Counted from the first letter of the whole stretch, positions 13,146 to 25,480 are shown. The stretch: DNA of 62,993 nucleotides, filler included, from Octopus bimaculoides (GCF_001194135.2; 7 parts of 6 records of this genome joined end to end with filler, not necessarily neighbours in it), one strand, 5' to 3'. Made by a program: numbers and translations. Notes: generated by a model not told the origin, from the letters alone.

Positions 13146-13629
13146 ATACGCAGAGAGATACACACCCGAATATATACATGCATGTATATATATATATATA
13201 TATATATNNNNNNNNNNNNNNNNNNNNNNNNNNNNNNNNNNNNNNNNNNNNNNNNNNNNNNNNNNNNNNNNNNNNNNNNNNNNNNNNNNNNNNNNNNNNN
13301 NNNNNNNNNNNNNNNNNNNNNNNNNNNNNNNNNNNNNNNNNNNNNNNNNNNNNNNNNNNNNNNNNNNNNNNNNNNNNNNNNNNNNNNNNNNNNNNNNNNN
13401 NNNNNNNNNNNNNNNNNNNNNNNNNNNNNNNNNNNNNNNNNNNNNNNNNNNNNNNNNNNNNNNNNNNNNNNNNNNNNNNNNNNNNNNNNNNNNNNNNNNN
13501 NNNNNNNNNNNNNNNNNNNNNNNNNNNNNNNNNNNNNNNNNNNNNNNNNNNNNNNNNNNNNNNNNNNNNNNNNNNNNNNNNNNNNNNNNNNNNNNNNNNN
13601 NNNNNNNNNNTATATATATATATATATAT

Positions 13630-13858
13630 ATATGTTTGTATGTGTGTATATGTTTGTATGTCTGTGTTTGTCCCCCCCCAACATCGCTTGACAACCGATG
13701 CTGGTGTGTTTACGTCCCCGTAACGTAGCGGTTCGGCAAAATGGACCGATAGAATAAGTATTAGGCTTACAAAGAATAAGTTCTGGGGTCGATTTGATCG
13801 ACTAAAGGCGGTGCTCCAGCATGGCCACAGTCAAATGACTGAAACAGATAAAAGAATA
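13630..13858 (+). mobile_element. SINE family C, tail module
   Basis: GTCCCCCCCAACATCGCTTGACAACCGATGCTGG...GGCGGTGCTCCAGCATGGCC...ATAAAAGA. Confidence 0.85.
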
Positions 13859-13865
13859 TATATAC

Positions 13866-14005
13866 ACGACATGATTCTTTCCGTTTCCATCTATCAAATC
13901 CACTCACAGGACTTGGTCGGCCCGAGGCTATAGTAGTAGACACTTGCTCAAGATGCCACGCAATGGCACTGAAGCCAAAACCATGTTGTAGCTTTTTACC
14001 ACATC
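13866..14005 (-). mobile_element. SINE family C, tRNA-like head module
   Basis: TTTCCATCTATCAAATCCACTCACAGG...CTATAGTAGTAGACACTTGCTCAAG aligns to 31485-31616. Confidence 0.75.
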
Positions 14006-14044
14006 TCCACATTTTAGGGTTTTAGTTTCTAGTGTAACGTAATT

Positions 14045-14661
14045 TGTTACGTACAATAAATAAGATAACCAGACAACAGTAAAAACAATGTAACGAACTA
14101 TCAAATCTCTTTATGAACCGACAATCAATATTCTTTATGAACTAACCAACCGACGCCTTCCGACTCCACTGTGAACTAATACGAACTTCTCTCGACTCGG
14201 AACTCTAAACTACTCTCTTTATTTTGGTACCACGGCCACTACATAGAGGGAACATTACAAGGACAGACAATACAGTATAAAACGTGGGATACATTTAACG
14301 AATAAAAACATGAATTATTAAAATGAAAAGGATGAAATGGCTTGCGAGCCCCGCTAAGCTCGCAGTTTCATTTAACTGTTCTTTTATACAGTCTCTTATC
14401 TTTTTTTTTTTCTAATATTGTTCGTCTGTTATATGTTCAACAGATCTTCTCTCCCAACCACACCGGGTAGATTCTCATATCGAACATATATAGCTGTATA
14501 GTTATTTAATTCCGGGAACGCTCCACATAGTTTATCTATCTTCTCTCTTTCCAGTAACACTCGGAACTCGGAACTTTGAACTCACTCGGGTCGTTACTAT
14601 TTATACTTTACTCGGACCAGTCTATCTCTCGCAAGGGGGCGTCGTAACTCTTATCACAACA
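14045..14661 (-). repeat. 3' LTR (617 bp)
   Basis: Plus-strand TGTTACGTACAATA...ATCACAACA; both ends align to 16870-17118. Confidence 0.85.
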
Positions 14662-14889
14662 TCTCCCGTTTTGAGATTTCAACTACTGTGAGAAAGTGGA
14701 ATTTCTTTTAATTTTTCTCTTTCCAGCACCTCTCCTTCTTTTTTTTTTAGCTGTTATATCTTAATTGTTGCCCGACTTTTAAGGCAGTATTGTTCGTTGC
14801 ACACAGCATTTTTTCTTTTCGTTGTACTAAGCACTCTTGTTAGCAATCCTGTTTTTTTTGTGTGGATTTTTGTTTTTTGAAAATTTATT

Positions 14890-15760
14890 ATCTTTTCCGT
14901 TTAGGTATTATTTCCAGATATTCAGCCTGTTTTCGTTTTTGAAGCTAGTTCTACAGGGTTCAATATCATTTGGTGCTGGCACTTCAAACATATCATAGAA
15001 GGCTTCCATTAGTATTACCCTTCATTCTTCTGTATGTCTCATTTTTAATTGTTTAAGGCGTCTCTTATATTCCGAACGTTGTCCTTTAATTAAATACATC
15101 ATGTTACCTAATCTTTTGATTACTCAACCATCCTCCTCAACCTTCTTTTTGTAATTTTTAAAATGAACTTTACCTCGTACTTCGAAATGTCTTGTAATAT
15201 ATTTTGTATTTTCTTCAAATGTATTTTTTTGTTTCCTTTAAATGTATTTTTTCCTGGTTATAATTTATCGAAGATCGATTTTATTTTACGCGCAAACATT
15301 AACTCTGCTAGTGACTTTCCTGAATTTGTGTTTTAATTTGGCGTTATTCTATATACTCTCAAAAATTTCGCTAGTGCCTCGTCATTATCTATCTTGCTCC
15401 TAGCTTTTCTTAGAGCTCTTTTGAACGTGTCGACAAATCTTTCCGCCTGTCCATTTGATCTCGCGTGGTAGGGCAGTGTAAAGATGTGCTTTATGGCATG
15501 TATTTTGCAGAAATTCTTAATTTATATCCTGTGAATTGTGTTCTATTATCTGAAACTAACCTGTCTGGAATACCGTATCGAGCAAATAACTCGAGTAGGA
15601 ACTTTATTGTTGTCTTTGCTGTAGGTTTCTTACATTTGTATATCTCTGGCCACTTTGTATAGCTATCCACAACGATTAGGTAGTATGCACCGTTCACTGG
15701 TCCAGCGTAGTCGACATTTATCCTGGACCATGGGCTCTCAGTCTTTGGTCATAGACCTAG
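14890..15760 (-). pseudogene. Gypsy integrase (DDE) remnant
   Basis: PWSRINVDYAGPVNGAYYLIVVDSYTKWPE...GIPDRLVSDNRTQF...SNGQAERFVDTFKRAL...YRITP; frameshift and stops. Confidence 0.9.
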
Positions 15761-15824
15761 TTTGTCCGAGAGTACTTGCGGAAACATTAAAAAAATTTTC
15801 TCTTTAACTCGTCAGACGAATTAT

Positions 15825-16800
15825 TTGTACGAATTTTCTTATTTGGGAGTCGAATTTTGTTTCTGCTGAGAGTGCTCTAGGATTTTTAAAATTTGACCCT
15901 TGTAATTTTGTTCTGCAATGTGAATTCTTGTCACAAATTCTTTTGCAACTGTGACATTTTTGATTTTCAAATGGACTGTCTTTTCTGAAATGTATGCCCC
16001 CACATCCATAACATGGATTAGGACGTGGTGCTCTTTTTTGGTTGTACTTTTCCGGTCGACGTATTTATATTTTTGAGGAATCCTTCTTTGAATTTTCTCT
16101 ACAGCGTGTATCAGGTTTACCATCCTTTGGCATTCTTCTGCTAATGACTGTATGGTTAGATCTTGGTTCGCTTGTTCCAATTTAGAAAGAATTATTGCCT
16201 GAACTTATGTATCTTCGCTTGCTGTAAGGCCTTGTACGAAAATAAGACAAAAGTGTAAGTTCTTTGAGTTTAAAACTTTCACAAACCCTGTTGACTGTTC
16301 TTGCGTATGTGATAAAATCATCATTCTCTTTTTTCGTTATGTTCCAACACCCCATTCGTGTGTTAAATAGAGAAGTTTTATCACCGAATATGTTAGACAG
16401 TAATTCTATTGATTCTTTAAAACAAATTTCATTGAGTTTTTGTGCAATATGAAATTACAGTGACGTTCATGCCCTAACGGAGCTAATTTTCGCAATAGTG
16501 ATCTCACTTTTGTTCGTCCGACCATGATTTGCAATCTTTTTAAAAAATCTCGTCGGACCTTCTGCAGTATGATGCAAAAGTTATACCCATCTCTGGGTTA
16601 TAGCTGAATTCATTAATCGAGTTCGAAACGCCGTCTGGCGAAAACGAACTTACCTCATTTTTGGACTTCTTTGAATATCCAGTAATTGCAGTTGTTGTAG
16701 TTCTTGCTGTAATAGTTGCTTCTGCAACTCCTGTTGCTGCTCTTGTTGTTGCTTTTGCAACTTTACAATGGAAGCTAATAGGTCTTGCATTATTTAACAA
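15825..16800 (-). pseudogene. Gypsy gag remnant with zinc knuckles
   Basis: SINEFSYNPEMGITFASYCRR...DLTIQSLAEECQR...PCYGCGGIHFRKDSPFENQKCHSCKRICDKNSHC; frameshifts. Confidence 0.85.
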
Positions 16801-16869
16801 GTTGTATCACCAACAAAATGTTAAATAACCTACATGAGCTTCGAAACCATTGATGTTGTAGCGTATATG

Positions 16870-17118
16870 TGTTACGTACAATAGACAAGATAACCAGACA
16901 TAAGTAAAAACAATGTAACGAACTAACAAATCTCTTTAGGAACCAACAATGAATATTCCTTGCGAACTAACCAAACAACACCTTGCGACTTCACTGCGAA
17001 CACGAACTTCACTTGACTCCGAACTCTGAAATAGGAACTCACTCGGATCGTTACTATTTATACTTTACTCGGACCAGTCTATCTCTCGCAAGGGGGAGTC
17101 ATAATTCTCCTCACTACA
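16870..17118 (-). repeat. 5' LTR (249 bp, lacks ~370 bp present in the other LTR)
   Basis: TGTTACGTACAATAG...CTCACTACA; about 85% identical by eye to the shared parts of the 3' LTR. Confidence 0.85.
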
Positions 17119-17200
17119 TTTTCCTAGCCAACAGAGAAAGAATCGGTTTGATTTGTATGTATGTATGTATGTATGTATGTATGTATGTATGTATGTATGT

Positions 17201-17928
17201 ATTTCTTTGAGTTTTATTTAAGTTTTTCTGAGGAAAGTTCAAGCCGGTCGCTAACAAAGCGACAAGACGTTTTGAGTTGAGATTCCTAGTGATTGTAAAT
17301 ATGTGGTTGAAATGGTATGTTGGTTGAACTGTAAATGCACACAATTACGTGCGTGCATCTTTTTATCTAAAGGATCTCAGCTGGATAAACTCTGGAATGT
17401 TTTACAGATCTTCACTGTGCCGCAAATACATTAGATTTAAAGAATTCGCGTCAGTTTCTTTTACTATTTCTTCGAAAAACCTGATATTTATGTAAATTTG
17501 TACATGCGTAGCCTAATGCACCTATGATGATAAGTATAAAAGAAAATTTATAGTCAGGGTACAAAAGTCGTAAGTTCCGCAGTAAGTCACCGTATACGTT
17601 CTCTTTTTCCTAGACACTTGATGGTGCATTCGTATCCGCTGGGCAGTTGACCTCTACAACAGTGCATGATTTTTTTACCATGTCCCACAGAACAATAGCA
17701 AGTCTTCTATGTTTGCACCGAATTGCTGCTTTTGTTGAAGTGTTTTACTAATATTCTTTGTTTTTAAAGTGTAGGTACATGCTGGTTCTGACATGCTTTG
17801 ATGTATGCGTCAAGGGCAATCGTTCCTGCAGATAGCATTATAAAGAGTCTTTTCAAATATATCATGCCTCAGGGGTAGGTAGTACGTCGTAGACATTTGG
17901 GGGCTGCTGCTGATGATATGGGCGACAT
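17201..17928 (-). mobile_element. RLE non-LTR retrotransposon group A, 3' fragment with 3' UTR
   Basis: VAHIISSSPQMSTTYYLPLRHD...IVLWDMVKKSCTVVEVNCPADTN...EKENVYGDLLRNLRLLYPDYKFSFILIIIGALGY; AATAAA shortly before a (CATA)n tail. Confidence 0.85.
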
Positions 17929-18439
17929 TTGTATGTATGTATCTGTGTGTGTATGAATGAATAAACGTGTCTATGTACGCGTGTGTATATGTGTATTTGT
18001 GCATGTATGTTTATTTGTGGATATAAGCATCTGTTCACGTGAGTGTGTGCATGCATGTATACTATTGCGTGGACGGATATATTTTCACATTTATGTGTAC
18101 ATTCATGCATGCTATGCCATATATCAATTTGTATACAAAAGTTTATACACCATTGCATGTATGGGTTTATAACTTTTAACATATCTCTGTGTACATATAA
18201 TTATGTTAGCATATGCATATCTGTGTGTACTAAAACTCTGTAATGTTTTACATATTTACACTATTAATGGATTGCAATAGCAATACTTTATTGAACCTGT
18301 GTCTTTGTTACTTTCGTGAAGCTCAGCTTCTCAAGTTTGATGTTGGGAGATTAGTGCTCCGATATTTACAGATATAAATGAAAAGCTATGCTCAAGATGT
18401 AGCATCTATAGATATCTCATTCGTTAAGTACAGATGATT

Positions 18440-18545
18440 TTACTTCTCAGAATATTTTAGCCTTATGTTAACATCTGTTGGACACCTGATCTTCACTACA
18501 GTGCATGTTTTCTTCTTTTATACCTTTTCACCAAGACCAGTCTGT
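18440..18545 (-). mobile_element. Small RLE group A fragment
   Basis: KTCTVVKIRCPTDVNIRLKYSEK matches CTVVEISCPADINIKLNISEK of the 10215 copy. Confidence 0.5.
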
Positions 18546-19147
18546 TATGACTACATTTGATGAAGGTCTCGAGAAGAACAATACATGTGAATACGCCTGC
18601 AGCAGTTCTATATTGTTTATAAAGTTACGAACATAATTATCCTTCAATGAATTGCATTGTGTAATATTTTGGCCATAACACCATTCCTTACACTTAGTAT
18701 CATACTGACATTTTATAACAGCTGCTTTTCCTATACGGAACATCTTCCATAATTTCACAGTCTGATTTCATTGACACATTAACAAAGAATATACACAGAT
18801 ATGAGAAATAAAGAATATAACTAAACATGAATAGTCTTCAAAAACGAATAGAATATATTGAGGCGAATCAAAAGTTTCGCAATATTTGCATAGATTGCAG
18901 CGTGTGCATCACGTTACCGAAGCAGTCCAAGCCATGGAAGGTATCCGCTGATGTTGGTAGTATCGTGGTGCAACACGATGGTCTCTAGTTTCAATGTTGG
19001 GCTGCTTCTGTTGTAACTTGACGAATAAAGCAAATAAGGCACCAAAATATTCCAAAACTTTTGACTCGGTACAATAAAACCAATAAAGAAACAAATGTAT
19101 AAGCGCAGTTAAAGACTAACAGTATGGGTTTCAAAGTGGCTTCAATA

Positions 19148-19180
<33 letters not shown>

Positions 19181-19204
19181 GTATATTTGTGTATGTGTGT
19201 GTGT

Positions 19205-19650
19205 GTATTCTCTCGTCGTGTGCGACAAATGGAGGTTCAGTAAAACAAAGCGTTAATCATGTTCTATGAACATAAATTCGTCTCCTGCGGCCAGCTGGTG
19301 GCATGCAAACCTTTTGGCAAATGGAATGCGAACTCAATTTGCTCGAATGCTTGTGATTCATTTACTATGTTTTCTTGAGTGGACGGCAAGGCTTGCTTTG
19401 TTTCGTGCCACAAAACGACAATGACAGATAAGGTTTCCATTTAGAGGAGCAGCGTTTTGCCTACGTGCCTTCATGTTTGCATGAAATTGGTCCCGATGTT
19501 GGAATTGACTTCGCTCAAATCTTTGAACTGAGGAGAAGCAGGACTGTCGCCGAGTCCTGAGTTCTGATGCCTTGTTTTCCCAGGAAGAAAAGGGAATTTT
19601 GCATCGCTTCAGATTGTCTGTTAGTTTGTCTTTGAAGCGCAAGAGTAGCT
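19205..19650 (-). mobile_element. RTE-clade LINE 3' end
   Basis: LRFKDKLTDNLKRCKIPFSSWE...FICHC-like ICHCRFVARNKASLAVHSRKH zinc-finger-like C-terminus typical of RTE ORF ends. Confidence 0.8.
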
Positions 19651-20240
19651 TATATATATGTATGCATATATATATATATATANNNNNNNNNNNNNNNNNN
19701 NNNNNNNNNNNNNNNNNNNNNNNNNNNNNNNNNNNNNNNNNNNNNNNNNNNNNNNNNNNNNNNNNNNNNNNNNNNNNNNNNNNNNNNNNNNNNNNNNNNN
19801 NNNNNNNNNNNNNNNNNNNNNNNNNNNNNNTATATATGTGCTATGATCGTCCGGGAACAGTTGTCAAGATGAGATTTTGCATAATTACTTTTGCCTAATT
19901 TGTTTTCTTTATTCTGAAATCTGTATAATATATTCCATGTAAATTCATGCTTTAAGCCTGCCTGTATTTATCTGCAAACGGAATGACATTACGATAAGGG
20001 TTGCTCTAAAATCTAACTTTAACAAATTACACTTTGCTGTTTTCATTGCGTAGTGGTGTCTTTAGCGATCAGTGATTGAGAAATGAAACGGATGGTCACA
20101 AATAGAATCTCTGTGACTGAGAAATATCTGGGGTAAATGGCACAAAAAGAAAGAGTACATAAACCCCCAAAATATAGAGAAACAGTCACTATATATGGAA
20201 TACGGTCACTGTTAATACTGTATTAGAATAAGTATACAGA

Positions 20241-21102
20241 CTAGGTCTGGTCAATAAGTATCCTGACTGTTGCCATAATAATGAAGCTAAAGCATGCTGA
20301 ATGAAGCCGCTAGGTACAGATTGACCTTAAACTTTGCTGTGCATATGCACTAAGTTTTAACGTTCTAGCTTACTTCTACTGTTTACAGCAGTGCTTGAAA
20401 GGAAGGTGTGTAGCGTGTGATCGACGGAGAAAGTTGTCATGGTGATATTTGTATGGAGGCCTACGCAAAGTTTCAGAAAGTGTATGGAGAGGAGTGTATG
20501 GGCTGCACACAAGTATACGAGTGGTTCAGACATTTGCAAGGTGGCCGAGAAATGTCGATATTGACGAACGTTCTGAGAGACCCGCAGCCCGCCGGGCTGA
20601 GGAAAACATTGCAGATGTGCGTGCAGTTGTAAAGGGAATTCGTCGAATCACCAACCACGAGTTATCAGAGGATGTGCAGATTAGTTAGGGTTCAGTCCAG
20701 TCCATTATCACTGAAGTTTTGGGTATTAGATGTGTGTCTGCCAAGTTTGTGCCCAAAACTGCTTTAAGCTGACCAAAAATACACTCGGGTTTCAGTTGTA
20801 CGAGATATTCTTGATTGTGTCTAGAACGATGAAAACATTGCGTAGGCCTCTGAGAAGATATCTCCAAGCTTTCGGCAAAATTTGATGCAGATTCTCTGCT
20901 TAGCTTTCTCTGTCATGGTCGAACACACGCTACACACGTTATTTCCAAGCACTGCTGTAAACAGCGGAAGTGAGCTAGAATGTTACAACTTAACACACCT
21001 AAACAGCAGAGTTTGAGGTCAATCTGTGTCAAGGGGTTTTACTCTATGTGCTTTACCTTCGTTACTATGATAACAGTCCGGATACTTATTGATCAGAATA
21101 CG
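20241..21102. mobile_element. mariner derivative made of two inverted left ends
   Basis: TIRs GGTCTGGTCAATAAGTATCCTGACTGTTG / ACAGTCCGGATACTTATTGATCAG; plus-strand transposase N-half (VYEWFR, ERSERP, VSAKFVPK) joined at ~20836 to a minus-strand copy encoding MTEKAKQRICIKFCRKLGDIFSEAYAM. Confidence 0.85.
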
Positions 21103-21294
21103 TATTTACATATATGTGTGTGTATACATATATATGTACATATGTATATGCATATACATATATACGTACAAACATATATGCGTGTACGTACGTCAGACAT
21201 ATACAGATACCTATATATCTACGCATATATTAATATATATCTATATATATGTGTGTGTGTGTGTGTGTGTGCGTGTGCGCTCGTGTGCGTATAC

Positions 21295-21373
<79 letters not shown>

Positions 21374-21502
21374 TGTGTCTGTCTGATTATGTATGTATGT
21401 ATGTATGTATGTATGTATGTATTTCTGTCTTGACTCATATATATATGTGCATGTGCATATGTGTGTGTGTGAGTGTGTGTGTGTGTGTGTATGTATGTCT
21501 AT

Positions 21503-21845
21503 TATGTGGCTGGCACTCCGTCGTTTACGACGTCGAGGGTTCCAGTTGATCCGATCAACGGAACAGTCTGCTCGTGTACCCTTAACGTAGTTCTCGGGGA
21601 TATTCAGCGTGACACAGTGTGACAAGGCTGGCCCTTTGAATTACAGGCACAACAGAAACAGGAAGAAAGAGAGAAAGTTGTGGTGGAAGAGTACAGCAGG
21701 GTTCGCCACCATCCCCTGCCGGAGCCTCGTGGAGCTTTAGGTGTTTTAGCTCAATAAACAATCACAACGCCCAGTCTGGGAATCGAAACCGCGATCCTAT
21801 GACCACGAGTCCGCTGCCCTAACCACTGGGCCATTGCGCCTCCAC
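21503..21845 (-). mobile_element. tRNA-derived SINE, family D
   Basis: Head GGAGGCGCAATGGCCCAGTGGTTAGG...GGTTTCGATTCC (A/B boxes); 8-bp TSD ATGTCTAT at 21495-21502 and 21846-21853. Confidence 0.9.
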
Positions 21846-22024
21846 ATGTCTATGTATACACATGTATATATTCACATTCATATTCACAGCTCATAGATAA
21901 TGACAATATATTAATACAACTATCTGAGTATGCATCCATCTACCCGTTCATTTATATATGTATAGATGCATCCATCCATTCATCCATCCATCTATCCATC
22001 CATTCATCCATCCATTCATCTATA

Positions 22025-22080
<56 letters not shown>

Positions 22081-24024
22081 CCTCTGTCTGTCCATTTATT
22101 TATCTATCTATCTGTCTATTTGTCTGTCTATCTTTCTATCTCTGTGCCTTTATCTATCTATACCTAAGATGGTTTCTATATGCGAATACTATGGCCGCAC
22201 ATATCAACATTTTCTGTCACTGTCACGTAAAAGATTCAGGCTATATTGTCTTGGTAATGTGTGTGTTTCTATTTAGGGGATTAGGGGCTGTTAAACAATC
22301 CCTAGATGACAGACGCATACAAACAGCGCAGAACGTTCCTTTGGGTTTCAGGCAACCCTACGATTCCATTAATATCTTTTGGTAAATGTCCGCATGGAAG
22401 CTTACCCAGAGGCGTCTACACTAATGCTAAAAAATCATTACAGCTTGGCAGATACCCGTCCCATACACACACCCTCCTTCCATATTCGAACCTATATATG
22501 TATATATATGTATGTGTGTGTGTATGTGTGTGTGTATGTGTGTATGTATATATATATATATATATNNNNNNNNNNNNNNNNNNNNNNNNNNNNNNNNNNN
22601 NNNNNNNNNNNNNNNNNNNNNNNNNNNNNNNNNNNNNNNNNNNNNNNNNNNNNNNNNNNNNNNNNNNNNNNNNNNNNNNNNNNNNNNNNNNNNNNNNNNN
22701 NNNNNNNNNNNNNNNNNNNNNNNNNNNNNNNNNNNNNNNNNNNNNNNNNNNNNNNNNNNNNNNNNNNNNNNNNNNNNNNNNNNNNNNNNNNNNNNNNNNN
22801 NNNNNNNNNNNNNNNNNNNNNNNNNNNNNNNNNNNNNNNNNNNNNNNNNNNNNNNNNNNNNNNNNNNNNNNNNNNNNNNNNNNNNNNNNNNNNNNNNNNN
22901 NNNNNNNNNNNNNNNNNNNNNNNNNNNNNNNNNNNNNNNNNNNNNNNNNNNNNNNNNNNNNNNNNNNNNNNNNNNNNNNNNNNNNNNNNNNNNNNNNNNN
23001 NNNNNNNNNNNNNNNNNNNNNNNNNNNNNNNNNNNNNNNNNNNNNNNNNNNNNNNNNNNNNNNNNNNNNNNNNNNNNNNNNNNNNNNNNNNNNNNNNNNN
23101 NNNNNNNNNNNNNNNNNNNNNNNNNNNNNNNNNNNNNNNNNNNNNNNNNNNNNNNNNNNNNNNNNNNNNNNNNNNNNNNNNNNNNNNNNNNNNNGCACAC
23201 ACACATATTCATATATTTATATACGCACACACATTTATACATACAGAGAAAGAAAGCGAGAGAGAGAGAGAGATACCTCTCACATGCACACGCGCGCGCG
23301 CGCAGACACACACACACACACACACACACATAAACGCATACACACACGCACACATCTTTCTATTTCCATTTCCACGCACGCACTTACGACTTTATCTATT
23401 TTAAACAGGTTTGTCTTTTTTCAGCTTCTGCTCCACACTGAACTCGTCGTAACGACAATTTTCTTGTATCCTGGAGGTGTAGCAACTGAATACGTTTCTT
23501 CTTTTACTCTCTCTTTTTAAATTCTATTCCATTTTCTACCATTATTCCTTCCCCTTTTTTTTATGCTGTTCTTTTTGGGGTTTTGTTTTTCTGTTTACAT
23601 TCCTAGTTTTGACTTTTCTCGTTAGCTATGTTGCTAAAGTTTCAATGCTTTCAAATTATGGGCCGTTTTTCTTTATGTTTTTGCATCTAAAACTAAAAAT
23701 ATAAAGCTACAAGGATGCATAGCAAAATGGCGCTAGCAGCAAAATTAAAATGGTATTAAACTGTGTATTTAATATTCACATACTTGAGGCTAATTAAACA
23801 ATTAAGAACATCATTGTTTTTGTTATTCTTTTGTGTGTGTGAGTGTGTGTGTGTTCCCAGTGTGTGCAGAGAATCTCAGACATTTTCCTACACGTCTAAT
23901 GTTGTCCTAATTTTAATTTCAAATATTATCATTCTTATTATTTTGCTTGTGTTTGTAGTATTTGCGTCTATATATGTATCTACCTATGTATACATGTATG
24001 TATGAATGTATGTATGCGTGTATG

Positions 24025-24062
<38 letters not shown>

Positions 24063-24076
24063 TGAATCTATGTATG

Positions 24077-24114
<38 letters not shown>

Positions 24115-24135
24115 CATCCATCCATCCATCCATCC

Positions 24136-24190
<55 letters not shown>

Positions 24191-24649
24191 ATCTCTCTAT
24201 CTACGTGTCTGAAAGGATTAGAGACAAATACTTTCCTCTCTGGTCAATCTCTCATCAACTTTTTCAAGTATCACTTGAAAAGGAAGGTGAGAGTAGAGAG
24301 GCAAGTGTTGTCTAGCAAATNNNNNNNNNNNNNNNNNNNNNNNNNNNNNNNNNNNNNNNNNNNNNNNNNNNNNNNNNNNNNNNNNNNNNNNNNNNNNNNN
24401 NNNNNNNNNNNNNNNNNNNNNNNNNNNNNNNNNNNNNNNNNNNNNNNNNNNNNNNNNNNNNNNNNNNNNNNNNNNNNNNNNNNNNNNNNNNNNNNNNNNN
24501 NNNNNNNNNNNNNNNNNNNNNNNNNNNNNNNNNNNNNNNNNNNNNNNNNNNNNNNNNNNNNNNNNNNNNNNNNNNNNNNNNNNNNTTGTATTTTGTCCCC
24601 TCTGTGTTGAGCCCTGTGTGGCTAATAAAGAAACCTATCATCTCTCTAT

Positions 24650-24692
24650 CTAGGTGTTTGTGTGTCTATATGTCTTTCTGTGCGTCTGTGTA

Positions 24693-24723
<31 letters not shown>

Positions 24724-24860
24724 GTGTATCTGTATGTCTGAGTACCTGTCTCTTTGTCTGTCTGTCTCTTTGTCTGTCTGTCTCTTTGTCTGTCTGTCTC
24801 TGTGTATCTGTCTGCCTAAGTACCTGTCTGTCTGCCTGTCTGCCTGTCTGTCTGTATACA
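24650..24860. repeat. Degenerate (TCTG)n tract
   Basis: Direct reading. Confidence 0.9.
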
Positions 24861-25480
24861 TTTCTCTGTCTGCTTATCGATATGTCTGTTTATGTGTGTG
24901 TGTAAGTGTGTTTGAATGTACGTGTGTGTGTGAGTTCATGTGAACGTAATTATGTGGCTGGTGTGTGTGTGTGTGCTTGTGTACATGTATATGTATGTGA
25001 TTGCTATGTGTGAGTGTGAGTGTGTGTGTGTACGTGTATGTGTGTACGTGTGTGTGTGTGTGTGCGCGTGCCAATGCGATTTATTTATGCATCTTGGGAA
25101 ATCAGGTAATGATTGTGTTTCGCTAAAGAATGCTTAAACAACATCTGCTAATTAATTTACATAGTCTTGATAACAACAGATTGTATTTCTTTTTTTATTT
25201 TTTGACACAAATAATTTAATTTTTAAAATTTATTAACATTTCCTTGAACGTATTGTTTTATATGATGCAAATATAAATTATAAATTACTTTTATTTTGAT
25301 TAAGTACAAAGGTTATATTTCCTGTCATTCAAATGGGAAAATTAAATTAAAGTGGCATTTATACCTTATCCCCAAGCGATTTTGTGGCGTCAATGAAAAG
25401 ATATGGCATTATCCTGGAATTGAAACCGCATTGTATGACTTGCCTCTTAGTCTACGGCACTGCTCAACATTAATTAGTGA

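Larger units (their letters stand above)
14045..17118 (-). mobile_element. Ty3/Gypsy LTR retrotransposon, internally deleted (gag and integrase retained)
   Basis: Two TG...CA LTR-like repeats; polypurine tract AAAACGGGAGA next to the 3' LTR (plus 14662-14672); gag and integrase peptides between. No TSD or clear PBS found. Confidence 0.9.

Noticed and set aside
14012-14025. Telomere-like TTAGGG (also ~57090)
   Set aside because: Single units, not arrays.
17595-17710. Strong plus-strand acceptor and open frame
   Set aside because: Lies on the antisense strand of the group A retrotransposon ORF.
18545-19145. Possible RT-region remnants of group A
   Set aside because: Only vague motif resemblance across many frameshifts.
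21780-21845. tRNA gene (also 52080-52147 and other SINE heads)
   Set aside because: A/B boxes are present but no complete cloverleaf is evident, and they run into SINE bodies with TSDs.
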